A DNA stretch of 58,742 nucleotides, filler included, from Catajapyx aquilonaris (lineage: Eukaryota), in assembly GCA_000934665.2 (NCBI GenBank). It is 2 parts of 2 records of this genome, joined end to end, with 100 filler letters (N's around TTAATTAATTAA, not from the genome) between each part and the next. Parts side by side here need not be neighbours in the genome. Positions count along the whole stretch, not along the records: positions 29,481 to 58,742 come from JYFJ02004822.1; 1 more part is not named here. The stretch is one strand, 5' to 3'. Below, one piece after another: positions 50,761 through 58,742 of the stretch (position 1 is its first letter; every line of letters begins with the position of its first letter). The position numbers were made by a program, and so were the translations under genes. The notes under the pieces are model-generated. The model was not told the origin of the DNA, did not search any database, and saw only the letters and a list, made by a program, of their open reading frames with translations.

Positions 50761-52511
50761 CATTAGCCACGGAACTTCCGATTTTGAGTTGCTCAGATAG
50801 CCTGTTGTGAATCTGTTCCAATGGTCTATCAGATTTTCGCAGGTACTGTCTAATCGTCTGCATGTTGTTTTCAAACGGGAAGGCACTGAAGGAGTCCACA
50901 GATCCAAACCGTAGCACATCGTCCGCTAAGTGAAGAAGGCCATGAACATTGTAAGTCACATTCTTACTCCCGTATAATTTTGAAAACGTTTTCACAAAGT
51001 ACGTGAGCAGGGCCTTGGCATACCCATTGAGGGTGACGCAATGCCGTGGACTGGCAAGGATTGTCAGAGCTACATGTATTGTCAGGAACAGCTTGTAATG
51101 TACCGTGGTTAAAGCGTCCTTCAGTATCACGGGCCCAGTATACAACACTAACATTCTGAACTCGGTGGCTTTCCACAATTTCACCCAGCGAAAACTACGC
51201 GGTTTTCGGGCAAAATCCCATGGTACACACTCACTTAACCTGCCCGTGGTATCGCACGTATTTTGCAGCGAGTGAAAACTCCGCCGACTGTTCGATTTTT
51301 TTTTCAAGCCACAAATTTACTAGCGAGCCACGCCCAAGCACAAAAGGTGCATGTACTCGTAGGGGAAGTCCTGTACCATGTCCACAGAGAGTCTTTCAAG
51401 AATAGAATCCCCATGGTGGTGACCAGGGTCCCTTTTATCGCGAAAGTCTACATCTGTCCGCAGGGCAGCATTATTTCCCCAAAAAAACCACTCCTCCACC
51501 TCGACCTTTGAGAACGTACGTGCCCTCTACTCGGCACTTCGTGCACCCCTTCTTTCCTCCGTGGCCTTTCACGCGTTGTATGAAGGCTCGTGCCGGGGCA
51601 TCACAAATGAATCCTCTGATTCGTACCCGAACTGGTTTTCCGTCGATGTTCACACCATTGTCATGTAATATCTCGGCTTCTTCAACAAAAGCTCTTAAAA
51701 AGTCATTGCTACTTTTCGGTTTTCCCTGCCCGTAATACACGCCAATAATGAAAGGAGTGGCGACTGTAGCATTGGCTATGTAGCCTTGAATTGGCCACAA
51801 ATTTGTACCGTTGCTATTATACACAGTAAGGCCATCTACACTTACCATTACAAGCAATTCTTCTGGAATATTTGTCTGTTTTCCTAGAACAAATGTTATT
51901 CCTTCTTTCAGGCCGAAATGATAATATTGCCTGGGTTCCATTGGTACAATGTGTGTGTGGGCTTTACGAGGCATGGCGAGCAGTGTGCGCGGATCACATG
52001 GAAGAGAGGAGAAACACGAGTGCTGTCGCAGCCAACTCAACAGTCCTTTTAAAGTGGTATGCGGAACTTTTTGTTGCACCGCCCATGTCGCCAAACCCTG
52101 CCTCATTAACTTTTCCTCTGATGGCTGTAGTGGAAGATTTAACCTGGAACCACAAAAGTCCTCTTGGGACGGTTTTACTAAGGAACTTTCGCTTTCGGGT
52201 TCCTCAACATCGTCCAATAAGCGGGACTCTTCTTGCCTGTCGTTATTGTCGTGAGCTGAGTGAGGGGTACTACAACGTGAAAGTGACATTGGTAGATCTG
52301 TTGGTGATACAGTATCTCCTGCCATGGATGCATCAATTTCACATGTCGGCTGTGAGTCACACTTGGTGCGTTTATCTCTGCATATGTCATATTCATGCAA
52401 GCATGCATCTGTAGCTCGCTTAGCCCTAGCGTAAATGGACCTACTAGAATTGCCTCTTCTATTTGACATTACGAGTGCGTAACACTTGCTGAGGGTGTGC
52501 AATGTAAACAA
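50761..52511 (-). pseudogene. CACTA/EnSpm (CMC) transposase, frameshifted and 3'-truncated
   Basis: LPCDPRTLL, VSVDGL, LWPI, FICDAPARAF..VKGHGG..GCTKC, FPYEYMHLLCLGV, FARKPRS..WKATEFR, YNVHGLLHL, SAFPFEN. Confidence 0.92.
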
Positions 52512-53097
52512 CTATTGGGAGGGAGAACATTCAGGATGGTATGTGGGAACCAACAATTATTTCCTGAATTTGGCTGTGACGCACCGTACGTCTGTGTGAC
52601 GTCACAAAAACGCGGTAGCTTTTGAATATTATTGAAAATTACGCTGCTGGAACCCCCCCCCCCCTCCAGATGCCTGTCCCCCCCTCCCCAATCACAGTCG
52701 GCATTGATAAAATATGTCCTGCAAACGCTGCAAAAGACATCTTAAGAGAAAAAAGACATTTAGGTTTTAGCAAGTTTTAGGTACCATATCTTTTATTCCA
52801 ACACAATCATGCAATTATAAACTCAGCTAACAATACAAATATACCCTTTTACAGGGACAACATTGGGTAATACTTGCGGTATCTACAAGGGTGGTTCAAT
52901 ATACAGTGTCTGCTGCAACAAGTCATACCAGTTTTCCATCGTGGCATTTTCGCGACTCAGTGAGCCAGTATCCGGTATAACTCTTGCGCGCTGTTGCCGG
53001 CAGCTCCCCAGGGTAAAATAAATAAATAAAATACGTCCAATCTACGGAACACGAAATCCTTACCGGTAGGCCGTGGGCCACCCCTGGGCCACGCCAG

Positions 53098-53345
53098 ACT
53101 GACTTCATTCAGTCGCCTGTAGTCCAGGCAGAATCTCCACTGCCCATTCTTCTTTCGGACTAGCAGGACGGGGGCACACCAATGGCTCTCGCTCTCTCGC
53201 ACAACCCCGGTGTCCTGCATCTCCTCTACCTGCCTCCTGATTTCTTCTCGGCCCTCAGCATGCACTCGCCTCGAACGCTCCCTCACAGGAGGGTGGGACC
53301 CCGTTCTGATGTGATGCTGAACAATATCCGTGCTTCCAAACAGCA
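53098..53345 (-). pseudogene. Ty3/gypsy reverse transcriptase N-terminal fragment
   Basis: HHIRTGSHPP...IRRQVEEMQDTGVVRESESHWCAPVLLVRKKNGQWRFCLDYRRLNEV. Confidence 0.92.
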
Positions 53346-53829
53346 AGAACACACAATAGTAATGTGTGACACAGAATTTGTGAAAAGGAGCCTTCCAGAA
53401 TTGGACGAGTTTTACTTTCGGTATTTCCTGCCACTACTTGCAAGAAGGCAAGAGGTGCGTCTCATGTTGTGGTGGGTTTGTGGGCCGTGTTCATGAATAT
53501 ACGTTATCATTCTCCTAATTTTGATTTTTCAATATTCACTCCTCAAACAGTTACTTAATCAATAAAATCAACATAAACAGGTTTCACAGTGCATTTCAGT
53601 CACATTCCTTATCTTTTATAATAGGTGGTTGGGAATTGACCAACACACAGCACACGTGCGTTATTCTGTCCATTTGTGACATAAGCTCACTTGGGATACT
53701 TACATTTAAAATGTTGAATATTTTAAGTCTTTGTATGACTCTCTCCACATGTATTCTAACTCAAGCTATTTCATAGGTTTTTCTCAGATCATCTGATGAA
53801 AACTGGTGAGATCCAGATGCAAATGAACA

Positions 53830-54440
53830 CCATCGGAACTCCCTTGATCTGTCTGTGTATAATGTGATGGAAACTAATTGTCGTACCTTTTAGATAGACT
53901 TCCAATAATTTGGCAAATGTTCTAACAGACATTTTTTCTGCATTAGCATCACAAGTTCTATACGTTGCAAAGAACTGAACCACCTCTTTCTTCAATCTAT
54001 CCAGTAGAAGGTTCGGATAGAGTGCCTCTACATCAAATGTGACCATTACATAATCCTCTGATAGTCTTTCCGGTAGCTGAGCCACCATTCCTTTCACATC
54101 ATCAGGGTCAAATAATCTATATCTGACCAGATATATAAGCGGTCTCAACACATACAGCAAACATCATTTACTCGACCTGTGATAGATTTGATGCCCTGTA
54201 TGATTGGCCGCACCTTCAATTCAGAGATATCATGTTTAATTTTATGCAACTTGGGCATGGCATACAATAAAGGGACTGTATATATTTGTCCATATGGATT
54301 AACTTCATTGTCATAAAGCACGTGTGACTAAGTCAAAAAAATCTCCATATTTTTCTTTGATTTAAGGATAGGTTTAAGCTCTCCAACCATACTAATCATC
54401 TCAGCGCATCGTGATCTAGTACTTTCCGACAAGGGCTTCC
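53830..54440 (-). pseudogene. Penelope-like element reverse transcriptase fragment
   Basis: PLLYAMPKLHK...VRPII (54200-54280), MVTFDVEALYPN and RQIKGVPM. Ends before the YxDD motif. Confidence 0.85.
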
Positions 54441-54474
54441 CCTCTATAAAGTGCGACGTGAAAGAGAAGGGGGC

Positions 54475-54600
54475 CAGCAACAAGTTGAGAAAGTCGGAAT
54501 CTGTTGTAATATATGAATCACTACTACTTCCACCGTATCCCTTGGATATGAAGGATATCATGCCATCTGGTGTAATGGCAATCAAATATTTTGCAGTGAA
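54475..54600 (-). pseudogene. ISL2EU (PIF/Harbinger-group) transposase fragment of about 40 codons
   Basis: [40 protein letters not shown]. Confidence 0.8.
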
Positions 54601-55299
54601 AGTGCCTTTATAATGGGGAAAAAAATGTTTACTTTCTCGACAAAGTCAAAGGACGAGAGCGCGTTAGCCTCATGTTGGTTGAGGCCGTTGGTTGTGCATA
54701 AATCATGCGCGAGACTTGTGATACGATCCTTGGTTGTGTTTACTGCTTCCGGCCATTTTGTCCGCTTGTTAATTTTTGGAGTCAAATATCTTGACTCGGG
54801 ATGTTTCACCAATGCCTCGACTGTTTCATTGCAAAACTGGTATCGGGCTCGGATTTCTGATGGCCTGTACTTTTCGAAGGTATTCAACAGGGGTCGGAAC
54901 TCATTCATGGCCTGCAATTTGCACATCCGATATAATAGCACATGTCCAAAAATAAATGCTCTTTAACCTGTGTGTAAGTAAACAATGCAAGATATTTCTG
55001 CTGCAACAATTCTAATGCTGCACCACACTCAATGAGTTGCCTTCTGTGGTGCAGTGTTTTCACTTATATCGGAGTGTGTCCAGTGTGGACGGTGCGGGTG
55101 TCCACAGAAGCCCCTCCGTCCAAGAGGAGTCTGCACGTCTCAACCATACCACTCCTGGCAGACCAGTGAAGGGATGTACCTTCCCTCCACGTCCCTTGCG
55201 TCCACCTCTTCGTGTCCAGTCGCGTCCAGAAGAGACCGACAGATGTCCACCTTGCTGACGTGAAAATTCCCAGTTATACCAGGTCCCATTCTGGCACAC

Positions 55300-55800
55300 T
55301 TAGCCATCCGTATGATGCGAGCTTTGCTGACACTGAGAATCTTACCGTACGTGGGACTTTTAGCCAAGGTAAAGAGATCCTTGGTAAAGTTTTGCACGAC
55401 ATGGTTTGCACACTCAATATTTCCCAGTAGCAATCCATATGGTATACCGTCTCCATCCCCAATGAATTTCTTCAACATGAGTCCATATTCCCTTGCGCAA
55501 TAGAGGAACCCTTCCAGGATGATGTCAGATTCCATCTGCGTGGATGGCCCCATCCGGTTGCGAAAGCAAGTATGGTCTCCTGGTTCCTCAACTTTGCCGC
55601 TCTGGCACACACCACACAATACGTGTTTCTCACACCAAGATGTAGAAGTTTCTTGGCATGAAACTCAATGACAACGGCGCGTCCGGACTTCGCAGTATAC
55701 CGATGGCCGCAGGAACGCTGGCACCAACCGCCATCCACAACTGCAGTAGTCCGCGAGTGTGTGGCTTCATTCCATAACATCCGGTCATCCGCCATTCTCT
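55300..55800 (-). pseudogene. Kolobok-type ('Mutator-like' domain) DDE transposase fragment
   Basis: VDGGWCQRSCGHRYTAKSG, LGVRNTYC/GVC, HTCFRN..GPSTQMESDIILEGF, FIGDGD and IECANH, across a frameshift. Confidence 0.75.
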
Positions 55801-55878
55801 CTCTAAAAGATAATGTACTGATCATGATAATGTAAGTTAATAATATATTCATGGGGAGGAGAGACAATAAAATTACGA

Positions 55879-55885
<7 letters not shown>

Positions 55886-55951
<66 letters not shown>

Positions 55952-56345
55952 TAGATATACCCCGTGATAGAGCCATGGGCTCTCTTAGGGGAGTGGAAAA
56001 CCACTATGTGCAGGGACAGAGTGGGGATAGGAGGGGGGGACACTGGTGCATGTGCAATGTCATCAAGTTGGGGGTCGTGTGCAGTCCCTCAGGGGGCCCG
56101 TTCGCCAAGATGACCCCCTAGATGCGAGTTAGAAACCCCCGACTAACCCGCACCTTCTCCAGGACAGGGAGAGGAAGGAAGCGGCTGTGGCCTATTTTAC
56201 GGTACGATCCCGGGAATTATTCCTGGGGCGACCTTGGAAAACCACAGAATAACCAAGGTCAGGACCGCCCGCCTCCGGGACTCGAACCCAGGACCTCCCG
56301 ATTAGCAATCGGATACCAAATCCCCTCCGCCACTACTGCTTCGGT
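55886..56345 (-). mobile_element. tRNA-derived SINE with long (TAA)n tail
   Basis: B box GGTTCGAGTCCC, same head and core as 34671-34901, (ATT)n tract at 55881-55950. 16-bp TSD AAATTACGACATTATT at 55870-85 and 56346-61. Confidence 0.92.
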
Positions 56346-56776
56346 AAATTACGACATTATTCATTGTTGTGCCTAAATATTGCAGTTTTCTGTACACAAG
56401 AAAGCTGCTGTGAAGGGTAATGTTTATCAAGACAAATTGCAATTATTCAAGCCGGGAGAGACTTGCTGTCTTTATCGTATGAAAATGTAACTATTTATGG
56501 ATGTGTTCCTACAACTCATCCTGGATGTGTGGTGTAATGGTATGTGAAACACGTCCTTTATTGAATGGGATACATTCCAGCATATTTGCATTGTAATGCA
56601 TTGTAATTGAAATATTCGCAAATGTGTAGCCTTAACACAACATGATTATGCCAAAACAATAATCTAGTTAGGAGGCCATTGACTGTCACTATCGTTATTA
56701 TTTAAAGAATATTGTAAAGTAAATAACCTGAAGAAATTAACAAGCAAATGTGCACAAAAATTAATTTCAATGTGTA

Positions 56777-58742
56777 GGGGAGAGCGGGGATGGTTCGGAC
56801 ACACAACGGATTATAATTTTTTAACAATGTAAGAGTATCACTCACAATAGAGATGCTTGTATGAGTACAAGGTAGGTCCTCTGGCTCCATATTTTTTCCA
56901 TTGCCATGTTTCTAAAATCACCGACCCATGACTTATGACATCAAATGTATGACAATGTCGATCGTCCGAACCATCCCCATACGCGGGGTTACTTCGGACA
57001 GAGTAAGACGAAGGTCCAAACTGGTAAGAAAAAATTGGAAATTTGTATTTTATATTTTTATTATCTGCATATTATACCGATAAAATAGGCTAAAGAGCCG
57101 GGCAGGAATGGCGATGTAACCTACAGGTGGCGATGAATTAGAAACAGCGCGTTGATTGGTACTTTTGCCGCCGAAGCTACTTCACTCTTCCTGTCCGGCA
57201 CTGTAGGCCTACAGGCAGTAGCCTACAAAGGCGACAAAGTTTTTTGTTTACAGTCAGCGAATGTTAAAGCCGCTGAGGTCACATGGAAACCTTTTGAATG
57301 ACTGTACCCTCTTTGATCCTCCACAGGACATAGGAGGTGGGAGTAGTAACACAAGTGACTCTTTTGCCACAGAATGGATATCTGGAACATTTGGCTCTAT
57401 AAACGCATTTGCCACTTTACTGCTCTTTCGAAGGTAGCTAACATCAGCAAAGTCATCATCATCGGCATCATTTCCTTTTAGAATTATGCTTGCAACATAA
57501 AATACATCATCTTTTCCATTCCCTGAAAATTTCACCAATACATAATCTCCTACTTGTGCAGCAGTGACGTCTTTAACGTCTGGCAGAGGGGCGAAGTCCG
57601 AGAGTGAGTCATCTTCAGTATCAGAATATTCTTGAAAACTACCATCTGAGTCAGAGTCTTCTTCAGAACTGTTAACTGAATCAGAGGATGATGATTCAGG
57701 TTGCTTTTTGGACAATCTTTTTCCAGAAGTTGATTCCTGCTTGCTGCCAAACGTCAACTGCTTTGGTTTCGGACCTTTCGTATAACCGATTTTCTTAGCC
57801 GCCTTCTCAGCAATCAAATCCTTCTCGGGTGTGACAGTCGCTATCATGCACTTACCGCGCTTCCGTCCTCTTGTCGATAATTTCCTTGCTGGAGCTTTTG
57901 GAAATGGGCGTATGTCTTCTGGAGACGCAAATGACTGCGTGGTGTCTTTTGAGGATGTTGATGACGAAGGCATCGGAGATGTTGCAGATGTTTCAGCTCG
58001 ATACTCTGTTTCAGGAGGAGAAGACACATCCATATGCTCTTCATTAGGCATTGGACGATCAGTAACGGAAGATGGCAGGAAGTCTAAGTCAGTGAAAATA
58101 GCCCTGTCAAATGGAAAAATCCCAGTGCACCTAAACCCTGACTTGATATTGACAGGAGTCGCCCCCCTGTCCCAGGCACTGTGAGCTATTGTGGCAATAT
58201 CATAGATTGTTATGGCCTGTGCTGGATGGGACAGCATCCATGAATCAACACCTTGGTTGTAAAAGGTTTTAAATGGCCCAAAAACAGTTCTATCTAAAGG
58301 CTGCAAATGGCTGGAAGTGTGAGGAGGCAGCGTAAGAATAGTGATGCCATGGCTCTTGGCATATTCAATGGCTTCTAGCGACAGATGAGAATCATGGTTG
58401 TCCATAATTAATAGGACTTGATTTTCAATGGAGCAACGAGTATGCTTAACAAAATGCTCTAGGACCCTAGGAAAGTTCTCCTTCGTCATCCACCCTGAAG
58501 GATACACCAACCCCAAGGATCCGTCTTCTGGGACGCCATTTAGCATGCGCTTTTGATCGAAACGCACTCGGGGAAAGACCCACACTGGAGGAAGAGCCAC
58601 TCCATTTGCTCCTATTATTCCTACTTGGGTAACAAGCTCTCCCCATTCCCTGGACGTCACTTGACCAACTTGATGTTGGCCTTTCCTGCCCACGATCTTT
58701 GGCACCTTTCCAACGGTAGTAATTCCAGTCTGAAATGTATAA
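56777..58742 (-). mobile_element. pogo/Fot1-like DNA transposon, 3' part with terminus
   Basis: TA + GGGGAGAGCGGGGATGGTTCGGACA terminus, with subterminal copies of the motif at about 56964 (inverted) and 56984. Contains the transposase exon. Continues beyond the window. Confidence 0.8.
57254..58729 (-). CDS. pogo-family DDE_1 transposase (DD35D), last exon, frame intact
   Basis: Acceptor catttcag then TGITTV...; SGWMT, LIMDNHDSH and QPLD with 35 residues between the two D; acidic C-terminus. The first catalytic D is presumably in an upstream exon outside the window. Confidence 0.92.
   Translation of the reverse strand, partial: TGITTVGKVPKIVGRKGQHQVGQVTSREWGELVTQVGIIGANGVALPPVWVFPRVRFDQKRMLNGVPEDGSLGLVYPSGWMTKENFPRVLEHFVKHTRCSIENQVLLIMDNHDSHLSLEAIEYAKSHGITILTLPPHTSSHLQPLDRTVFGPFKTFYNQGVDSWMLSHPAQAITIYDIATIAHSAWDRGATPVNIKSGFRCTGIFPFDRAIFTDLDFLPSSVTDRPMPNEEHMDVSSPPETEYRAETSATSPMPSSSTSSKDTTQSFASPEDIRPFPKAPARKLSTRGRKRGKCMIATVTPEKDLIAEKAAKKIGYTKGPKPKQLTFGSKQESTSGKRLSKKQPESSSSDSVNSSEEDSDSDGSFQEYSDTEDDSLSDFAPLPDVKDVTAAQVGDYVLVKFSGNGKDDVFYVASIILKGNDADDDDFADVSYLRKSSKVANAFIEPNVPDIHSVAKESLVLLLPPPMSCGGSKRVQSFKRFPCDLSGFNIR

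Larger units (their letters stand above)
36700..58742 (+). other. Putative uni-strand piRNA-cluster-like transposon mosaic (precursor predicted on +)
   Basis: Fourteen orientable TE pieces from unrelated families, all on the minus strand. Function is inferred only. Confidence 0.55.

Noticed and set aside
50654..51307. Functional CACTA-hAT fusion protein
   Set aside because: The hAT part is out of frame and the CACTA part has upstream stops and frameshifts.
41567..58742. A single giant element (Maverick/Polinton, Helitron or virus) or an operon-like functional gene cluster
   Set aside because: No pPolB, capsid, packaging ATPase or Rep/helicase seen, no enclosing termini, and nearly all ORFs are frameshifted or truncated. 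Ends outside the window cannot be excluded.

Overview
Eukaryotic, most likely arthropod, genomic DNA with spliceosomal introns and an artificial 100-bp gap linker at 29381-29480. Left part: a minus-strand multi-exon gene for a Ser/Pro-rich, largely disordered protein (coding exons 12093 to 5442, 3' end not resolved), and the terminal coding exon of a likely pasiflora-1 (septate junction) orthologue at 25114-25248. Several MITEs and tRNA-derived SINEs are scattered through the window. Right part (about 36.7-58.7 kb): a dense mosaic of mostly broken transposon coding fragments from many unrelated superfamilies: LINE, Transib/RAG1-like, Sola, two hAT pieces, PIF/Harbinger, mariner, CACTA/EnSpm, Ty3/gypsy, Penelope, ISL2EU, Kolobok-type, pogo and a SINE. 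Essentially all lie on the minus strand and several abut without termini. This architecture resembles a flamenco-type uni-strand piRNA cluster, but is dominated by DNA transposases. All family assignments come from motif recognition by eye; no database search was run.
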